Part shown: piece after piece, positions 47,644 through 60,458 of the stretch | Layout: every line of letters starts with the position of its first letter | Position numbering within the stretch: position 1 is the stretch's first letter | DNA from: Pelomyxa schiedti | Lineage: Eukaryota; Protista; Evosea | DNA: 64,000 nt | Direction: 5' to 3' | NCBI GenBank assembly: GCA_020536535.1 | Contig: JAHLWZ010000004.1 | Location: 1-64,000, forward strand | Translations under genes and position numbers: made by a program | The notes under the pieces: generated by a model | What the model was told of the DNA's origin: nothing | Databases searched by the model: none | Seen by the model: only the letters and a program-made list of their open reading frames with translations

Positions 47644-48019
47644 ATTTTTTTTATTTTTTTTTATAGGATTTGTCCGTATGTCCTTGAAAAGTAAACAGGC
47701 AGCGGAACGAATGTGTCAAAATCAGATCTCCAAGTAGTGGAAGTGACCAGACTCGTCGGAAGAAGTGGAGGAAGAGAAAGCGAGGAAACTCCCTGGGGGG
47801 GGCTGAAGATAGTGCCTGAGAAACAAATCAAGTTCCTGTGAGGTCAGACAATTGGACAATGGAGTAGAATGCGGCTCCTGAGGTGATGTGGTCTGTTTTC
47901 CCGTTCCAGTTCTGTGGAGGTAATTGCCATCTGAAGATTAAAAACCCACTCAGTTGCAGTGTTCCACAAAAAACCCAAAATCATCACATCACACAAAAAC
48001 AAAAAAAGCCGCTCAAGGA

Positions 48020-50439
48020 ATGTCACAGCCACCTGCCGAAGTTACGACACCGGCCACATCTTCTGCCGCCGCAGCAGCGACAACTGCCCCATCCAAAGCG
48101 TATGGTTTTTTTTGGCTTTTGCTCCTTTTTTTTTTTTTTCTTTTCCCTGGTGAACTAATATTATTCAAGTGCCGCCAAGAAGCTTGCAAAACAACAAGCT
48201 AAAGAGAAGAGGAAAACAGAAACAGTTTGTTCTTTATCTGCTTAACCACTTTTTTCCTCTCTTTCTAAAAGTTTCAATATTTATGCAGGCAGCAAAAGTC
48301 GCTGCGACTAAGTCGACTGCTGCAGCAGCAGCAACTGCAACCACAGCTGCTTCTGGTACAATGGACCAAGTGTTTGGAGTCAAGATACTCAATCAATCCC
48401 AAACGAGGGAGAATGCTCAGTACACCAAGTTGAAAACACTTGATCCCACTTCAAACGGAAAGACAGTATTACTGAGGGGCCGTGTGTTCGCTTCAAGGGC
48501 AAAAGGTTCTCCTTAGAACTCCAAAGTTCCCATGAGAGCCTAATATCTTTCCTTATTTAGGAAACCTATGCTTTATTCTTTTAAGGCAAGGTCAATTCTC
48601 CGTGCAGTGCCTCTTTGAAAAGAGTGAGACGTGTCCAAAAGCCCTAGTTACCTTTGCTTCCAAGTACATTAACATGTCACTGCTTCCCTAACTTTTCTTC
48701 ACAGAGTAACAAACGAGTCTATAGTTGATATTGTTGGGCAAGTAAAGACGTCACCTGTTCCCATTGAAAAAGCCAGTCAGAGGGAGGTTGAAGTTCTTGG
48801 ACAAAAGCTGTTTGTAGTCAGTGCCGCAGCGGTAGTCCTATCACTTTTCCTTCTTGTCATTAATTTTCTCCAATAGCCCCTTCCTCTGCAACTAGAAGAT
48901 TTATCGCGCCCGTCTCCTTTCCTTAAGCAGCAGAAAGCCCTGGTGGAGCAATTAGGAAAACAAGTAAAAGCTTCTTTCTCCCAATGTTTCCTAATCATTG
49001 GTTAGATTGAGGCTTTGAAAACCAAGCACACACCCGAAGAGCAGAATGCATCTCCAGTTAAAGAAGAGTTGGCAAAGTTGGAGGCTGAACGTGTTAAAGC
49101 CCAAGTATATCCCACCTCTGTAACCTTCCTTTCCCAACTTTTTCAAAGTCCTTTGTCCGTGTTAATCAAGAAGCTCGATTGGACCACCGTGTTGTGGATT
49201 TGAGGGTATACCCCTTAATCTTTCCCTCATTCAAATGACATAAATAATACTCTTTAGACACCCGCTAATCATGCAATTTTCCGACTTCAATCTGCTGTGG
49301 CCCAACTGTTCCGTGAGTACATGTACACACAGGACTTTGTTGAGATTCACACCCCTAAACTTATTGGGTGCTCCAGTGAGGGTGGCGCAAACATCTTTTC
49401 TGTTGACTACTTTGACAGTAAACTTCTTTTGAATGATATTTTCTTGGAGTAACGACCTTTCAGGAAAGGCTTACCTCGCACAATCCCCACAGCTGTATAA
49501 GCAAATGGCTATAACTGCGGATCTTGATCGCGTTTTTGAAGTTGGTCCTGTATTCAGGGCTGAAAACAGCCATACACGCAGACACCTTACGGAATTCATG
49601 GGTCTCGATATTGAAATGGCTTTCTATGGTCTTCTGAGCTCCAGTCAGCAGCCTTTTCGTACTAACGCAACCTAGAGCACTACCATGAAGTCCTGGATGT
49701 ACTTGAAGGAATGTTCAACTACTTGTTCCATGGCCTTGAAACACGGTTCGCTGCCGATATTGCCATTGTCAATCAGCAGTACCCTCTGCAGCCTTTGGTG
49801 TACAAACCAATAATGCGGTTGAAATTCCCAGAGGCTGTACAAATGCTTAGAGAGGCCGGAGTTGATATGGATCCTCTAAGCGATTTGACTACCCCACAAG
49901 AAATTCGCCTGGGTATAACTTTCATCTGATACTATTAACCATGTAACAATTAATTAGGTGAGTTGGTGAAGCAGAAGTACAATACGGACGTCTACATTCT
50001 TGACAAATTCCCAGCATGTGCCCGACCTTTCTATACTATGCCCGACCCCGTTGACCCTGTCTGTAAAGATTCCACCCAACTTCTTTCGTAATGTTCGTCT
50101 CAGAACTACTCAAATTCGTACGATATCTTCCTGAGGGGACAAGAGATTTGCTCTGGCTCTCAACGAGTTCACGACCCAGAGTTGCTGATCAAGCGCGCGA
50201 CTGCCAAGGGAGTCAAACCAGACACCATCAAGGACTACATTGACTCTTTCAGGTTTCCTTTCCCCAACCCGCTTTGCTTAACCAAGTGAACTCACAACAC
50301 GTTCCCTCACAGGTGGGGTGCACCACCACACGCCGGAGCCGGCATTGGTCTAGAAAGGGTTACCATGCTGTACCTGGGCCTCAAGAACATCAGGAAGACA
50401 TCCATGTTCCCTCGCGACCCGAACCGCCTCTTCCCCTAA
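48020..50439 (+). CDS. DARS1: Cytosolic aspartyl-tRNA synthetase
   Basis: OB-fold (LRGRV..RAKG|NLCFILLRQ), [53 protein letters not shown] and [11 protein letters not shown]. Confidence 0.97.
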
Positions 50440-50604
50440 ACTTTCCAAGTTTGTTTCACTGCCTGTTGCAAAGTCAAAAGAACAAGGTTCGGTACTCATT
50501 TTTCTTGGTGGTGTGACAGGGTTCAGCGAAGATGTTGGTTTCGTTGAATTGTTGTTTTCTTTTCGGCAGCACCAACAAAAAGTAGTTCTTTTTTTTTGGA
50601 AGTG

Positions 50605-51676
50605 ATGGCGCAGCTGCCTACGCACCTGGCGACGCATCACGCGAACGACGCCGACGCAAACAAAGAGGGAGGGGAAGGATCGGCGAGCGGCAACAGCGAC
50701 GGCAGCGGCGCCGCGTCGTCGTCGGGGGCGGTGTTTGGCTACGGGGGGGAGATCAGCATCGTGGCGGTGAGGGCGGCGGTGTACTACTACGAGGCGTGCA
50801 CGAACCTGTGGCGCGCGGGCGACGGCGGGCTGTCGCGGGTGGACCTGATGTCCTCGCCAAACACCCAGACGTTTAGGATTGTAGCGGTCGACACAAAGAC
50901 GGAAGATGTGTGTGTATTTATTTATTCCCCTGCTCCCCCCTCCCCCCCTCCCCTTCACTTCTTCTGCCTTTCTTTTCTCTTTTTTGTATTTGAAAGTCTT
51001 TGAGGGGGTTTTACTGACTCGTGGGAATGCATGAAATTGCAGGTTGTTATAAATACCCCGCTGTTTCGGGAATTGGTGTACACACGTGTTAGCAATGTTT
51101 TTCATCAGTGGTCTGATGGAAGAGTCAGTTATGGCTTAAATTTTGCAACTCAAAAAGAAGCGGTAGAATTTGCTAGAACACTAGATGATGCTATTTTGAA
51201 ACTTCTCAACCAAGGTTTGAAATCTTTCTAACCATATTTCCTTTCTCCCCACCTAAACTACCAAATAAATTTCTCTGCTGGCCACTTGAAGGAAGCAACG
51301 CCTCACTTCGCCAAATCACAGCACGAGATCAGACAGTGTATAGCACGCCAGTTCCAAAATGTTGTCCCCTTTCCTTTCGTAAAGAGGCTAATTAAACTTT
51401 GTTAGGTGAAGATGAGATATCTCCACCACCTTACCAGTCAACCAAGGTACTCTTTTTTTTGCACCCAATTTTCGCTCCCACCAAATACAATCAATACAGA
51501 CTGACAGCTCAGCAGCTGTTACTCAAGTGGACCTTGTTGCACTCCGGGTTTCTTCCCTTGTCAAATTGGCGCTGCAGTTAACGCTTCCTTAGGCAGAACT
51601 GCTGTCAATGTTCAATACACAATTGGAGAAGACAAAGAAAGAGATACTCGGAGCAGTAGCAGCGTCCCGTACATAA
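50605..51676 (+). CDS. Compact Ena/VASP-like protein (EVH1 domain plus tetramerisation-like coiled coil)
   Basis: RAAVYYY..W..GGLSRV..TFRIVA..Y..VFHQWSDGRVSYGLNFAT..EA..F (EVH1). Last exons read DLVALR|AELLSMFNTQLEKTKKEILGAV. Confidence 0.8.
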
Positions 51677-51738
51677 AAATGTTTGTTTAAAATAATGGCA
51701 GGAATTGTATTTTATTCCCTTCGGACAACGGCTTTTTG

Positions 51739-53172
51739 ATGAGCCATTGTAGAACGGTCCGTTGGTGGGACTTGCACCCTATCGACATGTGGGGCCTCGA
51801 CACCTACTACGCCATGGTGATACATCGGTATTACTACGAGAGCATGTGCGCGCGCCCCGACGACTTCGAATACAACTCCAAGTTACTGGACTGGGAGCGC
51901 CAGTACGAGGTGTCGGCGTCCTTCACCAGCGAGCGCGCTGCGGCGACCCGCGACCAGTTCCTCGCCCTGGCCGCCGCGGCCCTGGTGCCCCGCTGCGGCG
52001 CCTCCAGCCCCGCGCGCCGCCTGCCCTGCACCGTGCTCATGGACCTGCGGTCGCGCTGGATCATGCGCGTGGCCCGCGAGGTCTGCGGCACCCTCCGCGT
52101 GCGCTGCGACCCGCCCGCCAACAGGGAGGCGCTGGTGCACGTGTTCCTGGGGCTGTCCGCGTCGGGCGGCGTCGTGCGCGGCGAGTGCCGCCTGGCGCTG
52201 TCGCCCGGGGCGGCCGAGGGCCGCGGGCTGCTCCTCCGCGGGTCGCTGGGCCGCGGCCGCTTCCTGGCCTCGAGGGACACGATCGGCAGCCGCCGGCCCC
52301 GGTACTCCGTCGTGGCCTGGGGCGGCGACGTGGCGGTGCCCGACTTCCACGAGAGCGACCACCCCGCCGTGTGCAACACCAGGTGGATCGTGTTCGTAGG
52401 CAGACACTCGCTGGTGGTGTGGAAGGCCGCCGGGGGCGAGCTGCGGGGGAAGAGGGAGCTGAGGGGCCTGCCTTGCACGCTGTATGCCGGGTACGACGGC
52501 GGTGCCACGTTCGTGGGGGGCAACACGCTGGCGATCATGGCGGTCAGCGTGCCCCCTGGAGGCGGCGGGGGGGGGAGGGAAGCCCGCCCTTGCGTGGTAT
52601 TTGTGGACTTGAAACAGACTTTTGCTGACGGGCTTCTTACTGTGGTGAGGGACATCGATGTTCCTGATGCAGGCGTTGGCGGGCGAGGGCCCTCAGGCTT
52701 TCTGGACGGTAGCGGAAGCTGCATGTGCGTGGGTGACGATGTGTTAACCATATTCTCCACCCAGACCAAGCACATCATATACAACACAAGGACAGGCAAT
52801 ACCTCAGTCTTCGCCCGCCCCTGCTTCCTCGAGATAGTCGGCAAGGAACACATCTGCGTGCACAGCGGTGAAAAGGCCCTGTACATTTACCACGTCCCCG
52901 ACATTGTGGCCACGAACCCGTGCATGTCATTCGCTTCCTTTGGTGCTCTGGAATCCAACCCGCGGGTGGGCACTAGGACCGGAATTGTTGCTATTCCCGC
53001 TGTGCCTTACACCAAAAAAGTTGCATGGCTAGAGTATAAGATTCCCCCTGAGGGGGGAACCGCGTTTCCTGTGCTTACGGGACTATTTGATGTCACAACT
53101 GGCATGAAAATTGGTGTTGTGGAGGTGAAGTGGGTGAAATCAGGGGGAAGGCCCACCCCGCCAAGTTCATGA
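51739..53172 (+). CDS. Hypothetical protein of a lineage-expanded family (intronless)
   Basis: 478-aa ORF with RDQFLALAAAALVPRCGASSPARRL and CNTRWIV segments, which I recall as recurrent in Pelomyxa hypothetical proteins (not verified). Confidence 0.75.
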   Translation: MSHCRTVRWWDLHPIDMWGLDTYYAMVIHRYYYESMCARPDDFEYNSKLLDWERQYEVSASFTSERAAATRDQFLALAAAALVPRCGASSPARRLPCTVLMDLRSRWIMRVAREVCGTLRVRCDPPANREALVHVFLGLSASGGVVRGECRLALSPGAAEGRGLLLRGSLGRGRFLASRDTIGSRRPRYSVVAWGGDVAVPDFHESDHPAVCNTRWIVFVGRHSLVVWKAAGGELRGKRELRGLPCTLYAGYDGGATFVGGNTLAIMAVSVPPGGGGGGREARPCVVFVDLKQTFADGLLTVVRDIDVPDAGVGGRGPSGFLDGSGSCMCVGDDVLTIFSTQTKHIIYNTRTGNTSVFARPCFLEIVGKEHICVHSGEKALYIYHVPDIVATNPCMSFASFGALESNPRVGTRTGIVAIPAVPYTKKVAWLEYKIPPEGGTAFPVLTGLFDVTTGMKIGVVEVKWVKSGGRPTPPSS

Positions 53173-53359
53173 AAGAAGGCAGATTTGGAGAGGCACAAGG
53201 AACGTACAATATAATTAGTGTGCACTACAATGTTTCAATTTTACATAAATTCAGAAAATTACTGCAGATGTTGAAGAGAGTTGATGAAACCTTGGTCTCC
53301 TGTATTCGGCAACCTATAATGTATTGTTAGTTTAAGAGGTTTTTCGCAGTCTTTACCTC

Positions 53360-54752
53360 CTATTTACTGAATGCAAAGGGGTCATCAATCTGCATAGTCT
53401 CTTGCTGTGTGTTTGGTCTTGTGAGTGCTTTGCTTGCTGTGTGCAGGGTGGCTGGACTTGTAGTGACAATGTGGAGTAGAATGAGAATGGCGAGTTTCAA
53501 GATGAGAATGATGAGTATGATGGTGGTGGATGTGGGAGTAATGCCTTTTGGCAGTGTGCCGGGCTTTGTGCTTGTGGTGATGATTTCCTGTTGGGCTGGG
53601 GCTGGTATGGAGGGTGGATGCTGTGGCACTGTCTGTGACCACTGTATGCAAAATCTCACTCCAATGCTCAAATATAAGCAAGTGCCCTTCAGCAGGGGAC
53701 AAGTGCGGAATGCAGTTGGGAATGTTTTTAATCAGTAAATTTAGCATTCCTCTCCCACATCCTGTGTCCTGGAGGCCATGCCACACGTGAATAGGTGCAT
53801 CACACAATATTTTGGTAAGTTGAAAGCCCCAGTCTCGTGTAATTACAGAGTATTCATGGTGAGGAGATTCCCCTACCTGCTAATTAAACCGGGTACGCGT
53901 GACTGCTTATACCTTTCCAATATTCTCACGAGCACAGTTAAGAAAAATTTCAACAGTCTCAGGGTGACTATTGATGTAGGTTGAATCTCCAGGGCACTGT
54001 GAGAATTCCTTTTTCATTGCCCCTCGTTGCGGACCAAAAGAACGCGTCATACCTGCTCCACATTGCAGTGCAGCCCAAAGCATAGGGTAGCAATGTGAGG
54101 CAATGAAATACGAAAATTTGTTCTCTAAAGTCATTCCTTTCAAAAGCGTTAGACTTCATTGCACATGGATATAGCTAATACCTTCATAGATATTGTCTCC
54201 TTCAGGAGGAGAAAGTGAACTGATAATGTGGACACTGTTCAACCGGTGAGGAATCTGGATGGTAATGAAATTACTCTTTTTTTAAATTGATTCAAGAACC
54301 TTATATGCACATGCAACAGCGAAAGGACCACCAGCAGAATAACCAGCAACAGAAAATTTTTGAATCCCAAGTTGATCTGCAACTTCTTCAACGTCACTGG
54401 GCCAATCTAGCAGACTTCTCGGTGCATACGTTGACAAACCAAATCCTGGTCTGCAAAGATTTGTAAAAATTCACAGCAAGGGCACCACACTTCACCACAC
54501 CTGTCCAGTACATAAATTCTACCAATTTCAAGGAACCTCGCCTCTACGTCCATCGTGTTAACAACGGAGAAAAGTGGTCACAACTTGGGAAAAACCAGTA
54601 GGAGGCAAGAACAGCCTGTTCCCTGGTATGCCAGGGAATAAAAAGAGCACAAAACTGTGAGGCCCATGGGATCTACCGTGAAGACTGTACCCAATGTCAC
54701 GCCCATCCCCCAGTTTAATCACACAATTTCTCTCCGTTTTGGTGGCAGACAT
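53360..54752 (-). CDS. Alpha/beta-hydrolase
   Basis: LGDGRDIGY..G, FPGIPG, DRPGFGLS, GYSAGG nucleophile elbow, WHGLQD and EGH. Confidence 0.9.
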
Positions 54753-54830
54753 TGCCGCTCCTCTCGTTCACACCAAGAATTCCTCGGTTGTGTTCCCGGA
54801 AGTCATCAAAACACCAAAACCGCGACGATA

Positions 54831-55801
54831 ATGAAAGGTGCCGATCTGTTGTCGGCTGCACAGCAACAACAGCAACCTCTCTTTCGGCGTGACGTCACCC
54901 CGACCTCGCGCAATGCAACTGTCGCTCCCCCGCCTCACCGGAACGTCGCCACGACCACTCCGGCCGACTTCGCCGCGCCGCCTTTGCCCAAGCGGCAGCG
55001 GGGCGTCACGCTCCCCGTGACGGGCATGCCCCCCGCGCGTCGCTTCGACCCCGTCGAGGAGGTCCACGTGCCCGTCGCCGCCTGCGAGCTCCACTCTCTG
55101 CCTTGCTTCACGTCGCCAAGCTCTCGCCCCTACACTTGCACTTCTGCCGTCACCACAGCGAATTCGAATGCAACTGCAAATCACTCGAATGCAACTGCGT
55201 CCACGTATTGCTCTGCGCCGGGGGGCGTTGGTCTTGTTTCCATAAACGGGGGGGATGCCATGGATTTGATGGGTCACGCGGTTCCGATGGTGTCAATCAC
55301 TGGGATTGTGGTCTCGTGCTCGTCGTCTTGCTATGAGACAAAATTCACGTTCATGGGTACACACTCCCAACAACAACTTTTCACGTAACGCGCTCGCTAC
55401 ATGACACTGGCACTTTGGGGAAGTTTTGCCAATTTCCCTCGCTCATGTTGAATGTGATGAAAAGTTGATGATGGGACTGGGATTGTTGAGTGCAACCTGT
55501 GGCTGAAAAACATGCTGACACCCTTGAAGGACCAGGCAACAAGTTTGCTGTCTCGTGGTCTCCTAGTAACGGTTTTGGTATTAATTAATATTTCCCACAT
55601 GCTGTTGACCTTGACCTTTTCCTAGGGTAAAATTCGAATCTTCCGTGGGGTGAGACAGCTAACTGTTACACACTTCCGTATTATTACCATTTCTTGTTAA
55701 CTACTGAAGCTAACTTCTCCTCAGAAGTGGAAACTGATCCAAATAGCGAGACGTTTTACTGGGTGCAAATGATACAGAAAAGAAAGTCAATGAACTTATA
55801 G
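54831..55801 (+). CDS. STN1: CST complex subunit STN1-like OB-fold protein
   Basis: VSITGIVVS..FM|VDDGTGIVECNLW..GLLVTV..GKIRIFRGVRQLTV..ETDPNSETFYW. Confidence 0.75.
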
Positions 55802-56051
55802 GCTACCATCTGACACCACAATTCCCCATAATGCTGAATGCCAGCAAATTTTGGAACTGATAACCAATCGTGAATCTTCTTCGAAACGAGGCCCTGGCTC
55901 GTTTTTAACTTGTGTCGAAGCCCGAGTTCGCCACAAGTTCCAAACGAGCCAGGGCCTCGTTTTTGTTGTTCTGGGAAACAAATCGTAAGTTTTTTTTTTT
56001 TTAAAAGTTTGGTGCCGATGCAGACCCACAAAAAACGAGCGGACCCATCCC

Positions 56052-57765
56052 ATGATGATGGCGTACGAGTCTCCGTCCACATGGCATCAGACCTCGAGCG
56101 AACGAAACAACGATGTCGAAGCAAAGTTCTTTGATTGCGGCGAGAGGGGATCTCCGTCGTCGGAGCGACTCTCCGAGGTGCCGGCGTCGCATCCCCGCAA
56201 CTGCATTTCATTTGGCGCATCTTTGTTTGTGAGGAAAATCACTTGGGGTTCCTCGTTCCTTTGTGGACTTTTCAATCGCAAATACCATCAGCAGTCACGC
56301 GACCGAGGACTAGAGCAGAGCCAACGGCGACCCATAATCGGGGCTACGGGAACCCTGCACGGCTGGTGCTGGTGCTGGTTGCTTCTTAGAATTTGCCTTA
56401 TATTCCTGGGAATTGCAGTTGCTTTCAGTGTGCCTTTTGTTGCGTCACAAGTGAGAATGTACCAGCGCCGGTGTGCATGTTCCAGGATTAGTGATAGTCA
56501 AAATACAGCTAGGACTACTATTGGAGTTGGAAGTGATAACCTTGCTAAGGAGGAAGTTATGTGTGGGTACCCGGAATTTTTGGAGCTGGGTGGAAGCTTG
56601 CTTGTTTTGGCTGGGATGTGCGCAGTGAGGGCGGTGTTCTCTGTATTGCTCAGGCCATTTGCTCAGTTGCACTTGCTATGTGTATGTGCTTTTTATGTGG
56701 TTACCCAGTCTGATAAGGGTGGATTCCCACCGCTAAAAAGACCCCCGAGGATAAGGAACTCCACGTGGAACGATTTTGTACCATTGCATTCAAGTTTGTT
56801 TACTTCTTGTGTGTGGCACCCACTGGCTGGTTGCTGTTCCATGAACAACCGTGGTTTCCTTCTTCCATGGGAGGACCGCACAAGGAAACTGAAGGCAATG
56901 AATTGGCATCACTGTTGTGGGAGAAATGGCCTTGCATTCCGTTCACTATGCATTCAACAATAAGAGCGTACTACGTTGTGCAGCTGTCTTATCATTTGCA
57001 TTCTTGTGTGCAACACATTCTCAGACAGCACAAGGCCCACTGTGCGCAAATGAATGGCGGTGCGGAACGAATTGATACTTGGATAAAATCTCTACTGAGG
57101 AACTTATTCAAATCCGCTGTGAGTGGGCAGTTTGATGAGATGCTGCTCCACCACACAGTTGCTCTGCTTCTCATTGTGTTCTCTTATGTGCAAAACATGC
57201 TGAGAATCGGTGTCCTAGTGTTTATCCTCCACGATACATGTGATGTACTTATCTACGGTACTTATCCTCTCTCCACAGCCCCAACCAACAATCCAATCCC
57301 AAACCAACACCCAACCAAACCCAATACTGACAGCAAAAACCTGCAGCCGAGAAGCTCGCAGTGGACTTGACCCGGCGCAAAGCCGTGATCGTGGGTGTGT
57401 ATCTGACACTGATCGGCACATGGACATGGACCCGGCTGTACCTGTTCCCGTTTGTGATCCTGCACGCGTCGCTGGCCTCGGCACCGCGAGTGGTTCCCTT
57501 GGCCGCGGACCGCGGGGCGCGGCTGGCCTACGCCACTTTCAACGGGCTGCTCGTCATGCTCATGTGCGTGCACGTCTATTGGACTGTTCTGCTCGTGAGG
57601 CTGGCGTGGAACTTTGTCATTCGCGGAAGGCTGCGTGACCCGCACTGCAGTTGCAACAGCGTCAGCGGAAACGAAAACAGCAAGTGTGGCGGTGAGTCTG
57701 ATGGACCCTGCTGCAGGGGCACTCCTGTCCAAGGTGGTTTGTCTGTGTCTGTGGTCAATAATTGA
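56052..57765 (+). CDS. TLC-domain ceramide synthase (LAG1/LAC1-like)
   Basis: ERF..FKFVYF, QPWFP, YYVVQLSYHLH, FDEMLLHHTVALLLIVFSY..RIGVLVFILHDTCD (Lag1 motif), TRL..P, and L..HVYW. Confidence 0.88.
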
Positions 57766-57865
57766 AAATGTACCCTTAGGGTTTTGTAAAAAAAAAAACT
57801 GTTGTTATTTTTTTACTGCTTCTTTTTTTGTGGAAGAGTGCCAAAGTGGTACAGTGCACAGGATC

Positions 57866-60458
57866 TTAAATCAATCTCACGCCGTAGAGACCAAGATAGG
57901 ACTCAACTTGGGTGGGGATTTCAGCCAGAAGCTCCGCACGAAGGCGCTTCTTTTTGAGTTTGCCCCCAATCACACACTCGTTGAACTTGACGAACTAATT
58001 GTGCAGGTTAGTTAGGCCACGTAAACTAACAACTCACGGGATTGTGTTTTTTTTTGTTGGGGAATTGGAATTACCTGAACAACATCGCGGGCTGCCTTTA
58101 CTGTTTTGCCATCTGTTTTGATTACTGGGGAGGAGGCATCTGCATCAAACTTGGAAAGGTTGTCGAAACGGGAGTTCCCAACACCAACAAGAACAATTGA
58201 TATCGGGAGTGCACTTGCGCGTATAATTGCTCTGTTTGTGGCTGTTGGATATAGAATACTTTGTAAGTATGGACTTGAAGAACACCATACACATACCGGG
58301 AATGCGGAAGCCATCACCATCAATGAAGAAGCACAGTATCATGTACTCTGGTGGCATCTGGTTGATGGGTATATTTTGGATCTTCGCTTCCATAACATCA
58401 CATGCGTGGTTGATGACCTTGAAGCCATGAGCAAGCTCAGTTTGTGGGAGGAAAGGAAAGAAACTTGATAGAAATCGTCACAGAAGTAGCGGTGATCCTG
58501 TGCTCTCCAGGCCATATCACCACCATTAGCGGAGCCCATATCACCAAGCCTGATACGGGGACGAACCTTGTGGTACGCCTTCAAAACACCCTTAACACCT
58601 TTTTTGCATGCACCATCGGATTTGCCCATCTCAAAGAAGGGGGGGAAGTTGGTGTCAATGGCACCGCCGTATCCATACCTACAGGATGCTCAGTAGAGAA
58701 GATGAAAGAAGGGTGGTACAAGTTGAAAATGTTATCTGATGTGTAGGACTTCAACACTTTTCCAACAGCAGTTATGCAGGTCTCATACTGTCACACAAAA
58801 AGGAAAAACAGGGGAATAGTTTGAGTTGAAGTCAAAGGAAGGAACTGAAATATGTACAGGATTTGGGTGCTCCCCGATGTCATGCATAGACCCATTTGAT
58901 CCTGTCATATCCAAGACCATCCAGGGGATCATTTTCATGCCACATCCAAGAGCTTGCAAAAACGTGGAAGTTGGCAGTATCTTGAGGTAGCTTGTATCGC
59001 TGTTTGTCACTAGTGGATGAGAAAGCATAGGTTCAACATGTGATGCCATAAGACGTCGACTCAATATATGCTTGGTAGCAGAAACTGTTACCTAGGGATT
59101 TTTATTTCTAGAATTTCAACGTGATGGGGAAGGCACATTTCCAGCTGCGGATGATGAGCCTCGCTTAGGGTGCTGCACTGGGTGGCATCTTTCCATACGA
59201 CCTCCTGGTGCAAGATTTTGGAAGTCTGAAGCAGTGAAAGGGAAGTGAGAAATTCCAAGAGGATCATCCTTGAGAGTATCATGATCAAAAAGATGAAGCA
59301 TGCCACCATCAACTGTTTTAGGTTCGTCATCTTATAAAAAGGAAAAGCTGCTCACCTCCACTCGTATTCTGCACCTCGAAAGGCTTCCACACGGGATTCA
59401 GAGTCTTTTTGATATACTTGCTTTTCATCACCACAGCACCACTTGGAGTTTTCCATACTGGAAAGCGTTACAAAAAGTTTGGAAGCACATACTTACCGAA
59501 GTAAGGGTCGGATGTCCCTCCAGAGTCTGCTGCAATCAGATCTTTGGAAAGGTTATCAAAGCCATTTTATAAACTCCCCTACCTTGAGCCTTTACTTGAA
59601 CGATGGTGGAGCAGTCGACTTGCCTTAGTATTGTTAAGCTTTATACAACTAAAAGACGAAGGTACCAGTGGGGGTTCTGATATACATCCTTAATGGCTAA
59701 AACGTCCATAGGAGGAATAAAAGTGATACCAGGTGGTGGAATGCGCTTTGTTAGATCCAAGGCACTTACTAGAAGTTGTCCTGGAGCCACTGCTGGGTAC
59801 TGCTTTACCATGATGACTTTCCCTGAAGGTTTTGTGAACTGCACCATTGGAAGGGGCCCATCCACATGCTAAGAAGCTTGTGAGGATACTGCTAAGGGGG
59901 AAAAAAGGAATACAATAAAAAAAAGGGAGAGAAATCATTCGTTGACACCGATCACTTGTTTTGTTTTTGGGAAAAAAAGATAGAAAGAAAATAAAACCTG
60001 ATATAGCTTCAAAAACTGAGGAGGAACACCAGGGCGGCTCTGAATAGATGCCAACTTGACCAGCTTTCCCAGCTTTATCTTCGTTTCCCAGAAAGGTTGG
60101 CACGAAGGTGGCGGCTGCTCAAACACCACGCACAGGATCAACTTCTGTGCAGTCTCAAACATGTACTGCGCTGGCACCGGCACAGTGAACTTCACGAACT
60201 TGGCGGAATCAGGTGCCGAGGGTGGGAGTGGCTCCATGAGTCCGTTCCACTCAGTCTCCCCGAGTTTCACAGGTGGCCCAGGGGGATTCTTCTTGCCCGC
60301 GGCATAGACGACTATCTATGTAAGTGTAAAAGGGGAGGGGGGAAAAAAGTTAGTTTCAGCACTTTATGTTGGGTTTTTTTGTTTTGTGTTTGGTGTACCT
60401 GACATCGCTGGAATATATCGTACGTGCAAAAGAAAAGCTGTAACGACACTGCCGGCAT
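57866..60458 (-). CDS. Copine (C2 domains plus vWA domain)
   Basis: KLGETE..KF..YMFETAQKL; TSDPY; LFDHD..DDPLG; VLDMTGSNG, GVKGVLKAY, DG, ASALPISIVLVGVG, RDVVQ|FV and LAEIPTQV. Confidence 0.9.

Noticed and set aside
56660-56770. Apparent frameshift between ORFs 56052-56963 and 56765-57370 in the TLC gene
   Set aside because: A short phase-1 intron ending ..gataag joins the two frames.
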